This document shows positions 35,846 to 48,301 of a stretch of 64,000 nucleotides of DNA, piece after piece. The stretch comes from Flectonema sp. DT1601 (Eukaryota): assembly GCA_964019425.1 (NCBI GenBank), contig OZ025783.1, positions 496,001-560,000 on the forward strand, read 5' to 3'. Position 1 is the stretch's first letter. Every line of letters starts with the position of its first letter. The notes under the pieces are model-generated. The model made no database searches. It had not been told where the DNA came from and worked only from the letters and a program-made list of their open reading frames with translations. Made by a program: the position numbers and the translations under genes.

Positions 35846-37980
35846 CCTCTGCCTCTCTCTTAATTCTGTTCGTTTCTTTGAAACGAAAATTCATTTGAAT
35901 ATTATTCCTTGGTCAGCAACCATCATTGTCGCCCTTTGGGCCTGTTAAAAAAAATAAAAATAAAAAGAAAGTTTACATCGGGAATAGGGCAGGAGCCAAA
36001 AGCTCCCAGTCCGTTACTTCCCACTTTATCGAAATTCAGCAAGCTGAATAAGAAATTTGGGAGAGGAATAGGGGCAGTGAACTTTTGATTCAGGCCCTTC
36101 CCATCGAACAGGACGAAAACTTCTAAAACCTGAGATGAACCAATTGAGTTGAAACAAACAAATAACAGAGACGCAACACATACCGGAACATCATCGCAAG
36201 CAATGCTTCGGACCTCCGTCTTTCTATTTTCCGTCCTGGTCAAGACGCTAAAGTGATTGTTTTTTTTTTCAATATTAATAAAAAAGAATATAAAAAAAAT
36301 AAAAAAAAAAGAATAAACAATGTTATCATTGTTTTTTTTTATCGTTCGACTTTGTTGACTAATTTCTATTTTCCATTTTTTTTTCTTTTTAAAAATAAAT
36401 AAAAGGAATTAAAAAAAAAAAAAAAAGAATAAACAATGTTATCATTGTTTTTTTTATCGATCGACTATGTCGATTACTTTCTATTTCCCGTCCTGGTCAG
36501 GACGCTAAACTGATTGTTTTTTATTAAAAAATAAATAAAAAGAATAAAAAAAAAAAAAAAAGGAATAAACAATGTTATCATTGTTTTTTTTTATCGATCG
36601 ACTATGTCGATTACTTTCTATTTTCCGTCCTGGTCAAGACGATAAACTGATTGTTTTTTCTTTAAAATAATTAAAAGGATTTAAAAAAAAAAAAAAAAAA
36701 GAATATACAATGTTATCATTGTTTTTTTTTCTATCGATCGACTATGTCGATTAATTTCTATTTTCCGTCCTGATCGAGACGCTAAACTGATTGTTTCTTT
36801 TTTTTAAATAACAAATAAGAAAAAAAAGAAGAAAAAAAAAAGAAGAGCAATAAACAGAGCAATAAACAATATTATCATTGTTTTTTTATCGATCGACTAT
36901 GTCGATCACTTTCTATTTTCAGTCCTGGTCAAGACGCTAAACTGATTGTTTTTTTTTTTTCAAAATTAATAGAAAAGAATATAAAAAAAATACAAAAAAA
37001 AGAATAAACAATGTTATCATTGTTTTTTTTTATCGTTCGACTTTGTCGACTAATTTCTATTTTCCGTTTTTTTCTTTAAAATAAATAAAAAGAATTTAAA
37101 ATAAAAAAAAAGAATAAACAATGTTATCATTGTTTTCTTATCGATCGACTATGTCGATCGCTTTCTATTTTCCGTCCTGGTCAAGACGCTAAACTGATTG
37201 TTTTTTTTTCAAAATTAATTTAAAAAAAAAAATATAAAAAAAATAAAAAAAAAGAATAAACAATGTTATCATTGTTTTTTTTTATCGTTCGACTTTGTCG
37301 ACTAATTTCTATTTTCCGTTTTTTTTCTTTAAAATAAATAAAAAGAATTTAAAATAAAAAAAAGAATAAACAATGTTATCATTGTTTTCTTATCGATCGA
37401 CTATGTCGATCGCTTTCTATTTTCCGTCCTGGTCAAGACGCTAAACTGATTGTTTTTTTTTCAAAATTAATTTAAAAAAAAAAAATATAAAAAAAATAAA
37501 AAAAAAGAATAAACAATGTTATCATTGTTTTTTTTTTATCGTTCGACTTTGTCGACTAATTTCTATTTTCCGTTTTTTTTCTTTAAAAATAAATAAAAAG
37601 AATTTAAAAAAAAAAGATTAAACAATGTTATCATTGTTTTTTTATCGATCGACTATGTCGATTACTTTCTATTTTCCGTCCTGGTCAAGATGCTAAACTG
37701 ATTGTTTTTTTTTTTCAAAATTAATAAAAAAGAATATAAAAAAAAAACAAAAAAAAAAAGAATAAACAATGTTATCACTGTTTTTTTTATCGTTCGACTT
37801 TGTCGACTAATTTTTATTTTCCGTTTTTTTTTTCTTTAAAAAATAAATAATAAGAATTTAAAAAAAAAAAAAAAAGAATAAACAATGTTATCATTGTTTT
37901 TTTATCGATCGACTATGTCGATCACTTTCTATTTTCCGTCCTGGTCAAGACGCTAAACTGATTGTTTTTTCTTTAAAATA
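31766..37980 (+). repeat. S satellite array with terminal unit ending at 36037
   Basis: Same monomers. Terminal unit ~35628-36037. Confidence 0.95.
33300..33508. mobile_element. Single terminus of a probable MULE-like DNA transposon
   Basis: Unique block starting gggaaaacctacagatccaccccc in a poly-A tract. No partner TIR seen. Confidence 0.35.
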
Positions 37981-39740
37981 CCGTAATTATAAATATCATG
38001 GTGTATAAAAAGTCTCCAAATCAGCAAAAAATGGCCGAATCCACCATCTTTATTATATCCAAAGTTTTTTTAGTACAATCATTCACAGAAAACACTTAGC
38101 AAAATTCGGATTCCAGAAAAAAAAAACTTTTTTTTTTGACCTTTTTCTTTTGACTTTGGTACTAAATTATCGACATTTTGAACTGGTTAAAGTTCTACAG
38201 GCTAGTCTTGTGTACCAACCTGGTGGGGGATTGATAACTAATGTTGAAGTTGCTTCCAGATACATATCAGGACAACATATCCACAAATAACGTTGTTGGT
38301 AGCTGGTTGCACACCAGTCTTAATGAATGATGTCAAAATTCCTAAAAGCAGCAAGTAGTAGTCTAGACGAGGCCAACTACAACTAAGGAGTTCTTCTCCA
38401 ATCGTTGTAATACACCGAGGTATGAGGTGCGGTATTAAGAAACATGAACTCATGTTCACAACTACAGACTTCAGGAGCTCGGGTGGATTTGCAGGATTGA
38501 CAATACCTGCTTTTATAAAACCAGCCATGATAGTATTTTTCGTAATACTATCAAGGGCTGTCACTATCCACCCAATTTGCGACTTCGTTTTTGTGAGCTC
38601 CTTCATCCATTTTGACATGGGTTCGGATTCAGGAGCTCCCTTTGGACCCTTCCCTTTCGCAGCGCGCTTTAAAGTTTCTATCAGCTTTTTGCTTTGATTT
38701 TTTCAACTTTTCCTCCCGCTTGCGCATCTGCTCTGTCATCCACTCACCAAGAAAGCTTGATGCTTCTTTGAAGTTGGCCATGACAGTTAGATCCAGCGGC
38801 CGGAGATGAGAAGTCCATCCGCCTTGCACCACCATAACCGTGATATTGGCTTCTTCAAATCGACGAAGGACTTCTTCAGTTATCTGCCCCCTAAACTGGG
38901 CATATACTGCGAGGCCAGGGTGATCCGATTGGAGTGTTTTTTAGTTAGTTTAGATCCGATTGGAGCGTTTCTTAATAAAGTATGGGATTATTGCCCAGAA
39001 ACCTTGACCGAGCTGATAGGAGTTCTGCTTCAGGCGCTACTTTCGCAGTGGTTCCAAGACGGTAACCAACCCTTCCGTTCCAGGAACTTGTAGGTCCATG
39101 TTGCTTGTAGGGAACCGGAATCCACGCGTTCCGGCGTATCACCTGTGCTTGAAACCAGAGAAGAGAAGCAAACACAGAGCCACCATAGGCACGGATATTC
39201 TCAATTAAATCGAGCACCCGCTTCCTCATCAGTGGTTAAGATGGTTGGTCTCCCAGATTTCACCTGCCCTTCTATTGGTTCTCCCTTTGTCTTCCTCTTT
39301 TGTTCTTCAACCAAGAGCTTCATTGCCCTGCCTGCACTGTTGATCTCTTCTTATGGTCCGTGTTGAAGTATGCAATCGCCCTTGACACATTGGTGGCAGA
39401 GTTCACCATCTCACCAACGTTAAGCAACTCCCCCCTTGACCACTTCTCATAGCAGCGAGACGTTGGTGCTCTTTTACCCGCTCCTCTTTCTTTATCAAAC
39501 CCAGCTCCACCTTGCTTACCGACGTCTTCAGGGGTTCAAAAGGATCCCGTTTTTTCAAAAAATTCCGCATAGTGTGAAAAATTTCATCCCCAAAAACTAC
39601 TATTTTACAGTCAAAATGTGTACTTTCATACTTTTTTATAAAAATCCACCAAGTTTTTTTTCCGAGAATCCACCATCTTTTTTATATCCAAAGTTGTTAT
39701 ACTCCAAATTTTTTATACACCGTGATATTTATAATTACAG
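37981..39740 (-). mobile_element. pogo/Tigger-like transposon with degenerate transposase
   Basis: ~31-bp TIRs c(c/t)gtaattataaatatca(t/c)ggtgtataaaa and TA TSD. Minus-strand fragments WTSHLRPLDLTVMANFK (DDE_1-type) and WIVTALDSITKNTIMAGFIKAGI. Confidence 0.88.
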
Positions 39741-40440
39741 TAATTAAAAGGATTTAAAAAAAAAAAAAAAAAAAAAAAAATAAACAATGTTATCATTGTT
39801 TTTTTTTCTATCGATCGACTATGTCGATTAATTTCTATTTTCCGTCCCGATCGAGACGCTAAACTGATTGTTTCCTTTTTTTTAAATAATAAATAAAAAA
39901 AAAAAAAAAAAAAAAAAAAAGAGCATCTCCCTGCTATCCTCATATCCCCACAATAATATTATACCTTTTCATTTTCTCTTTCCTTTTCTGGTCTTTTTTT
40001 TTTTTTCTTTTTTTTCCTTTTTCATACAACGTTTTTTATTTATATTTTATTTTTTTTTTATTTTTTTCATGTTTGATTATTTCCTCTTCATATTTTTTTT
40101 TTCTTTTCTTTCTTTTTTTTTTTTTTTCTCTGCCTCTCTCTTAATTCTGTTCGTTTCTTTGAAACGAAAATTCATTTGAATATTATTCCTTGGTCAGCAA
40201 CAGTCATTGTCGCCCTCTGGGCCTGTTAAAAAAAGAAAAAAAATAAAAAGAAAGTTTACATCGGGAATAGGGCAGGAGCCAAAAGCTCCCAGTCCGTTAC
40301 TTCCCACTCTATCGAATTCAGCTCTCCCTGCTATCCTCATATCCCCACAATAATATTATACCTTTTCATTTTCTCTTTCCTTTTCTGGTCTTTTTTTTTT
40401 TCTTTTTTTTCCTTTTTCATACAACGTTTTTTATTTATAT
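39741..40440 (+). repeat. S satellite end, terminal unit (ends 40319) and partial second terminal unit
   Basis: ...ctctatcgaattc at 40319 is followed by a repeat of tctccctgctatcc. Confidence 0.85.
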
Positions 40441-40500
40441 GAGGTGGTGTAGAAACCCCCCCCCCCCCCCCCCAATTGCAGTTTTTGCCTACAGAATAAT

Positions 40501-41397
40501 TTATGATTTTCTTGAAGAAAAAAAATAGAAGTCATAATGGTGCTTCCCTCTGGAAGGGTTGTAAGCCATGGTGTCCAACTAAATTAAAGGACAAGTCTGG
40601 GATAATCCCTGCCAGAGGGGCGAGTATTCTACCATGGTTGAAATACTCTGGCAACTGATCTTCAATTTTATGTTGTTTGTTAGCTGCTGGTGTATCCTGA
40701 TCATGTGTTGATACTTGCATTTTTTTTATTTGTAATCTTCTATTACAATTCTCTTTCTGTTCTGGTCTGTTACTTCATTTGTCTTGTTTAACTTCAGTTA
40801 TATCCATTTTACTTTTTATTGTTTCCCATCTACTTTTTATTTTCTATTAGTTCTGGTCAGAAACTCCTGGGCAGCAAGAAGGAAAGCAGTTTAGTACTTC
40901 TGGGTGTTTGGCATCACCCCCCATAGTGAGCAAGTACAACAGGTAGCATTGGTAGTCTGTTGATCCTGAGTGATCCCAGCTACAGTTTTGTTTTTCTTTC
41001 TTTTTTTTAGAAGAAGATCAGGACATCCTAGCACTGCTGGATAGTTGCTGAATGCAGGGCCTGCCTGTGGCATTATAATAACAGGCTAAGTCATTTGTAG
41101 TTCATAGTTTACCTTTGATTTTATAACTTCACATAGGTACTATGAACGATGAGAGATCCAGTGGGATCACTCAGGGTCTAGTAGAGACCACCAATGTTGT
41201 GCGTTGATAGGCAAGGTGACCAACCTTGACATTCTTTCTTTTCTCTCCTGTTGTGACAAACACAAAATACACACACAGCTTACAGTGTGTTCTTTGTGTA
41301 TGTTTTCTTCAGGTGTGAGTAGTTTTTTTGTTCTTGCTCTTCAGGGAGGGCCTTAGCCAAAAGCTAACAGTCCAAATCTCACCTGGTAACTTAACTC
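40501..41397 (+). mobile_element. Truncated family A copy (~900 bp)
   Basis: Reverse complement of ~614-1511. Ends cacctggtaacttaactc. Confidence 0.9.
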
Positions 41398-41656
41398 ATT
41401 CGATGGAAATAGTTTTAGGGATTTTAATTTTTGACTGAAAACATGGGATAGTCATGGGCAACCTGGCTAAGACTGTTCCCAGTGCAGAAAAAAAGAAATG
41501 AACTTTTTCTCAGAAAAAGCTGGTGATTTTTGCAGCACGATCCCACATAAAATTTGTCATTTTTGGGCAGCTCTGGCTCCACCCTTGTACTCACTTTGTC
41601 AAAAAAAAAAAAACGCAAAAGGCCACTTTTGTGGCCTTAAGGGCTTAAAGGGCTAA
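41398..41656. mobile_element. Possible piggyBac-like terminus
   Basis: Ends ggccacttttgtggccttaagggcttaaaggg|ctaa, resembling a ...GGG-TTAA end. Partner end not found. Confidence 0.4.
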
Positions 41657-41659
41657 TTA

Positions 41660-42195
41660 TTCCTTTTTTTTAAAAAGGAAATAATCAGTTTAGCGTCTCG
41701 ATCAGTCTTGACCAGGACGGAAAATAGGAATTAATTGACATAGTCGATCGATAAAAGAAAACAATGATAACATTGTTTATTTTTTTTTTTATATTCTTTT
41801 TATTTATTTTTTATAAAAAAATTCCAGTTTAGTGTTTTGACCAGGACGGAATATAGAAATTAATCACTGCTATGTTTTGCATCATATAAGTGAAGAGCAT
41901 CACCGCTTTTTGAAAAACAACAATACTTCACAAGATAGTGTCTTGTCTAGGACAAACGAAACGTTAGGGAGAGAAAAAAAAAAAGAAAAAAAAAAAAAAC
42001 AAGCAGAATGGATCTAAATGAGCGGTAGGGGTTGTTATAACTTTGTTTGAAAATTCTTCTTTTTAATTTTAATTTTGATTTTGAAATTTTTTTTTTTTTT
42101 AGACAGGAGTTAAGTTCACTTACTTGAGAGAACACAGATACCAAGAGCAGAAAGATGAGATGACACTACCAATTCAACATAGAATATCAGGAAAC
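41660..42195 (-). repeat. Diverged family S remnant
   Basis: Degenerate satellite monomers plus an inner segment similar to 13100-13270. Confidence 0.75.
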
Positions 42196-42302
42196 ACCAG
42201 GAAGTCCAACAACGAAGACATCGACATCGATCGCTGCTCTGCAAATCCGGCGGGTGTGCTAGTCAGAGTAAGACAAGTTTAAGCGCCTCTACCCCCCTTC
42301 AT

Positions 42303-45030
42303 TTGAATAGACTCCGGTTCCGATCGTTTGGACAAGAGTGGAAGGAAATACAAAAGTCAGCAGAAGAAGAACTCCCTGCTTTTATCTCTGATCTTCCTAA
42401 CTCCTCTAATGCTGCACAGAGCCTTCAAGATTTAAACTTGAAAATTTACGAGATTTGTAGTGCGCATTTCCCAGAGGTTAAAGGAAATGGAAAGGGAAAA
42501 AAAATTCTCTCACGTGAAGAGAGCATCCTTAAACAAGAAAAGAAAGAATGCCTACTAGTTTTGAAAGAACTATGTCGAGATTTAAGGACAAACGGGCACT
42601 CTTATCAAAACACATTAGAGTGGAAAGAGGCCCGTAAAAGGATGAAGAGAATCTTTCACATGTATGAGAGAATCAAACAGAAGAATAATTTCAAAAAAAT
42701 GCAAAGCGAATTTCAGAACAACCCTTTCGAAGCAATTAAAAATGAATTAAAAAAAGACGACCCACCTCCTCCCCCATTAGACGTTGCAAAAGAAGAAATA
42801 ATTGAACATTTCCGTCATTGTTATTCAGATAAAGAGAAAGATAATGTTTATTTACACCCTGATGTTTACCAACAAGTGATGGCTCGATTATGAGCGAAGT
42901 AGAATTTCCAAGTTTGGCAGCGTTTGTATGTATTATGGAAAAGAAAAAAAACAAGTGCGCACCTGGGCCAAACTGTTTGCCTTGTTTAGTTTGGAAAAAG
43001 GTTCCAATTTTTGCGGAAGCACTTTACAAAGTCTTTGAGATGATCTTTACAAAGAAACAATACCCAGAGAGCTGGGGGCTTGCTTATGTCAGTATGCTTC
43101 CCAAGCCAAACTCTGATGGTAAAGACATCACAAAGGCGAGACCGATTGCAGTAGGTAATTGTGATGGGAAGCTATACAATTCCTTTCTGCAAGAGGCAAT
43201 TGCGACTCACACGCTTGCGAAATTCCCGTTTCAAAAGGGATTCCTGAGAGGTGTACCATGTATCGAACATGCTTCGATAACAGGAGAAGCACTGAAGGAA
43301 GCCAAGATGAACAAGAGAAATTTGGTAACAAAGGATGAGAAAACAGTTATTGGGGATGCACAGTACCAACGTGATGCTGTTGATGAGGTGGTGGAAGAGG
43401 TCGACCACAGCAAGCTCGTAAGGACGCTTCAAAACAAGAGGGAGAGAATAGATCAGTTGTTTGCAAAACTCAAGAAAGACTATGAGAATAATAAAAAATT
43501 GCCAGTCACTCAAGCAAGTGAAACATGGGACAAACAGCCCCCACAACAATTAAGAAAAAAAGAAAGAAACGGACCTGTGGGACATGGGCCCCAAATCACG
43601 ATAGCAGGAATTGCCCTGACGGTAGCTCTTCTGAGAGTTCCACTCAGAGCTCTTGCCCTGTACCTCACCGATTTGCAGTATCGGAATGAAGGCGTGTACT
43701 GGGATGTACAAAAGAGGGAGGACGGGGCGTTTCAGAGGTTGTTCTGGACGTTCCTGCAACCCACTTCCCTTGACCGCCTGCTGCCGATTTTGTGCAGTGA
43801 TGCTTGCAGCCTCACCGGTCCCTACGGTGGGTGCTTGTACATCACAGTGGGTGTAGATGCCGAAAGGCATGTTGTTCCGCTGGCATACTCTGTTGGCAAT
43901 GCGGAAGACAAGGACGGTTGGTGCTACCATAACACCCACCTCCTTGAACACTACGGAGGGCGCCTTACACGGTGTGTAGTGTTCTCAGACCGACAGAAGG
44001 GGAGGCAGACACTACCTTGACCGAAGTCGTGTTACACCAGGCGTTGTGCGTCAAGCACCTCGTTAACAACGTGGTGACGCAGACGAAGTTCCCACAACGG
44101 AATGCATCCACCGTTGTGTGGAAATTGGCGAAAACAGAGTGCAGAGAAGAAGCAGAACAGTACCTGCGGGAGATCAAGCAAACTTATGGGCCAGGCACTT
44201 ACAAGTATCTTCTGGACACGGGGCTGCAACGTTGGTCAGACGCCTACTGAGACGCCTACAAGCTACATATCATTCCAGTTAAGAGCAACAGTAAACACTC
44301 TCCCCAGTCAGGACAATTTAAAGAGATGGGTATCTCAAATGCAGACCAGTTATGCATGCTCTGCGGAAGAGTAAACCCCACCTTGAGGCATGTTCTGACC
44401 GGATGCCCTGTTGCACTCAACCAAGGACGTTATATTTGGAGACATGACAGTGTCCTCAAGAGAATTATACTCTTCTTGGAAGAGTTACTAGAAAAGTACA
44501 ACCAGGGGAAGTTGTACTTGCCTCCACCATCAAAGACTTTTTTGAAACCGGGAGAAGAAAAGGCCACAGCAAGACAACCACGCGACAGTGGGGAATTAGC
44601 TCTTGCTAAAGACTGGGTGATGCTTGATGACTTGGGAGAGAAGCATCTGATTATGCCAACTGAGGTCACTCATGTAGCAACCAGTTTAAGATCGGATATA
44701 TTTCTATATTCTCTCAGTGCCAAACGAGCCGTAATCCTGGAGCTGACCTGTCCTAATGAGGACGGGTTTGAGATTTCAAAGAAGCTGAAAGAGGACAGGT
44801 ACATCAACCTCCAAAAGCAGATAATAGCCAATGGATTCGATTGTAACATTTACACAATCGAAGTTGGTGTAAGGGGAAACATCGATTTAGACCAACTCAC
44901 ATTTGGGAACACCACTTAGGTACTCCACGCAATGCGACCATGTTCTGTGAATGCACAAGGATCAGCAGACAATTCTCCTATGTGATATTCCAGACTCGGA
45001 ACATGGACAAGTGGTGTAAGAGACCCTTCA
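42303..45030 (+). pseudogene. Decayed non-LTR retrotransposon with restriction-like endonuclease (R2/NeSL/HERO-type)
   Basis: RT N-terminal motifs APGPN, RPIAVGN, QKGFLRGVPCIEH. CCHC region CMLCGR...TLRHVLTGC...GRYIWRHDSVL. RLE region RSDIFL...ILELTCPNE...KEDRY. Frameshifted, RT core absent. Confidence 0.88.
43640..44250 (+). pseudogene. MULE transposase fragment inside the non-LTR element
   Basis: DACSLTGPYGGCL...GVDAERHVVPLAY...E...W...FSDRQKG and HQALCVKHL (CxxH) match the MULE transposase pattern. One frameshift. Confidence 0.85.
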
Positions 45031-45344
45031 TGTCAAGCAGACTTGAAGAGACTTCTTCGATGGTTATCAGTAAGACGGGTGCTGAGATATTTCCTCGGGA
45101 AAAAGTCTCCTTCAACGAAGCGCCGACGGATAGACTAACAACAACAAAAAAAAAAACGACGTCTATCACGATCGAGAAGCCATGGAGGGAGAAGTTGATA
45201 GTTATAAGAGCATGTTATGCCGGGACTCTACTCGCACTAACTTCAGCAACATTGACACTGGAGGACGAGTCCCTTTCTATTATTACTACTACTGCGACCC
45301 CGTCTGTTACAACCTTTTCGACTGTTTCGATGAAATTGTCAGAT

Positions 45345-45450
45345 GCGCTATTATTATCGTCATCATCATCGCAATCTACTACGGCATCATCGATATCGTC
45401 GTCATCACAATCATCGTCATCATCATCATCATTCTCCTCATCATCCTCAA
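45345..45450. repeat. Degenerate (TCA/TCG)n microsatellite
   Basis: tcatcatcatcg runs. Confidence 0.8.
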
Positions 45451-46078
45451 CGCTGTCACTAACTGGTAAGCAGGCAATTAGAAAGATAAGCAATGAGGAA
45501 TTCCCATCAGACCCGGTACTCCATGTAGAAATGGAAGATAAAGCGACGCAATTTCTAGCATGGAGGATCGCCGATGCAAGCGTTCAAACAGAATCCTGGG
45601 AGACGGACATCATTCTGAATAAGTTTCAGGCATCACTGATGGAGAACCAGTCAACTTCCCAGCGACTTGCTCATGAGAACAATGTCTTAAAGCAATCGCT
45701 AATTGAAGAAAGGACTGAGTCAGGTTGGCTTAGGCTTGCTGCTCAACAGGCAGAGGCTAAGACTTATGTGGAAACAGAAACGCAATCTGTACCACAATGC
45801 TTGAGTGCTGTGACACAGACGGCCAACCTATAGCGAGCAAGCGCAACAGGTATCTTTTGTTGGTCTGTCAATCCTATGAGATCCAGCTACGGTTTTGTTT
45901 GTTCCTTTAAATAAGCAACATGTACCACTGGATAGAGTTTACAAGTAGTGATCCCCGGTAAGACATTTTTCATTCAAGAGAAGAAAGTGAATCCTGGTCT
46001 GCTGTTGTAGCTTCAGATTGTTATGTTAGTGTCAGTGGTTATGTAATTTTGCTTACAATTTAGATTTTGAACAACAAA

Positions 46079-47982
46079 ATGTCAAAAGCGTTGTCTTTGG
46101 GTGGTGAACAAGCTATTGAGGCGCTTGATAAAAAAGATTGCGATGATCAGAAGGGAGATGATAATCTTGAAGACGAAGGAGAAGCAGACGATGGACCTGA
46201 AGCAATCCCGTGGCCAGCTGGGAACACATCACTCGGCAACGATAAGAGAATTGTGATCGATGATGAAAAGAGCTGTTGGATGGAGGCAAACCTGGGACTG
46301 TACTCGATGACGTTAATCAGCACTTTCACTTTCCCTGTTATGTTACACAAATATGGTGGTCTTACTTTTCTAATAATTTATGTAATTTGTACAATATTAA
46401 TATCAATACCGATGGTGCTTGCCGAGCTTGCTTGGGGGCAAAGCTCGAAGCTTAGTACTTACGATTTCTTTAAGGATGTTCATCCAAAGTGGTCAGGAAT
46501 GGGGGTGTCAGCGACCCTCGCATTAATTTGTGTGGCATCGTTTTCAGTTGTTCCTACAGCATATGCATTGATGTATTTATTTAACTCGTTCTCTTTGCCG
46601 TGGAATGGCTTCGATGGTCACATCAGTTATTGGTTAGAGAATATCGATCCCCAGAATAATGCCATCTTCTCTGAAACTTTTGTTGTGAGTTATCTCTGTG
46701 TTATTCTTGCAGTCTGTGTAATGTTTCGATTCTCACCGAACTTCTCTTCGGAAATAGCATATTTCACTCTCCCTATTACAATTATTACGTTCACTTCCTT
46801 TATGGTGAAAGCAATTCTGGCTGACGGTGCTGGTGATGGAATATATTATTTCTTCCGCTTCGATAGTCGTTTCTTTATACGTGGCGACACTTGGATTGTA
46901 GCAGCGGGACAAGGAATCCTCTCTATGGGTGCTGTAGGATCTGGAAACTTAATAACTTATTCCCGTTGTTTGGAAGTAGGAACTGATGGTATGCCTTTAC
47001 TTTGTCTGCATTCTTTGCACATTGCGATGTCGGAATGAAAAATGTTTTTTCTTCGAAATAAAAAACAGCTTATGCAGTATGCTACCGGATGGCCACAAGA
47101 AGCTTTCTGTTTAATACATACACAGCTGTAGTAATCGCTGCACTTTTTGGTGCTGCTGTTAACGATGAACGACTGAAGTACTCAGGAGTGGAGGAAGCTG
47201 CTGATGCTTGTGGGTACGGAATATCATATATTGCGTTTATGACTGGTAGTGAAGGAATCGGAAAAGGCGGGGGTGCAGTGACTGTGCTGTTCTTAGCCAG
47301 CCTAGTAGGACTCGGTTTGCCGGCACCAGCAATGTTTTTTCATTCGATTGCTAGTGTAGTTGATAATAGCTTAATGACTATCTGCAGGCCTTGCAGCAAA
47401 GTAGTGAGGTCCGGAATTCTCGGAATCGTAATTGCTCTCATTGGCTTTCTGTTTTTAAATAAGGAGAGCGATAAATACATTTCTGTAATTCATTTCAAGG
47501 TGTGCTGCCAGTTTTTGGTCTTATTATGCGGTATTGAGGCGGTAATTCTTAGATTAGACTACTCAGCTGGAAGGGTTGAGCGGCATCTTCATGTTGCATC
47601 AAAGCGAGTACTTGAGAAGTATTGGAAAGCCTCGTGGTACTATTCCACACCGTTAACAGTTTTCTGTATTTTATTTTGGTCTGTTTTAGAAGAAATAGTT
47701 GAAGGTAGCAGCAGTAAGATGTGGGTTGGATGGTTGTTGTTTTCAATCTTGTTGGTTCCGCTGTTGTTTATTCTCTCTCCTTGTTCGCCCCGTGAGTCTC
47801 ATATGAACTTAGCGCGAGCTCCGTCGAATCCAACGAGGCAGCCGCATGAGCGCGAGTATCTCAGAAGTTCTTCTGTAATTCCGATACATCTTCTTGACTC
47901 AGCGACTGTTTCTGTTACATCGATTCCATCTCGTTACCAGTCTGACATTGAAGAGGTTTCTTCTGGTGAGTCTGACAATTAA
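46079..47982 (+). CDS. Sodium:neurotransmitter symporter (SLC6/NSS) family transporter; exons 46079-46988, 47069-47982
   Basis: FPVMLHKYGGLTFLIIY...IPMVLAELAWGQ, GAGDGIYYFF, WIVAAGQ and many TM segments. A phase-1 GT-AG intron joins the two ORFs in frame. Confidence 0.85.
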
Positions 47983-48301
47983 CCAATTCTGCTACATTCC
48001 CTTTACGGTAGTCCTTGGCTCCCAACAATCTTTATCCCCATTTACCGGTTGGGCTTCCCTCCAATTCACTTACGCGTCTTTGGTTGTAATGCCCACATTT
48101 TCTGCCCAAATACTGATATCAGTTGAGGTGTAAATTATATTTTATTCCTTCCCAGTCTAATGTTATGTGAGGGCAGAAATGGATGCGGAGTTCAAATCAG
48201 CAGAGGACAAGTGGTTTATTATAACATCGATTACCTCGATATTGTTTCGCTTTACTTAATTTACTCCAAAAGGAATGTTTAAAACACGGATAGATAATTA
48301 A

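Noticed and set aside
9850..37980. CRISPR array interpretation of the palindromic repeats
   Set aside because: Spacers are homopolymeric and repetitive rather than unique, there are no cas genes, and the context is eukaryotic.
44940..45833. 297-aa ORF as a host gene
   Set aside because: It has a non-ATG start, begins in the tail of the non-LTR ORF and is held open by a (TCA)n microsatellite. The coiled-coil-like end remains unassigned.
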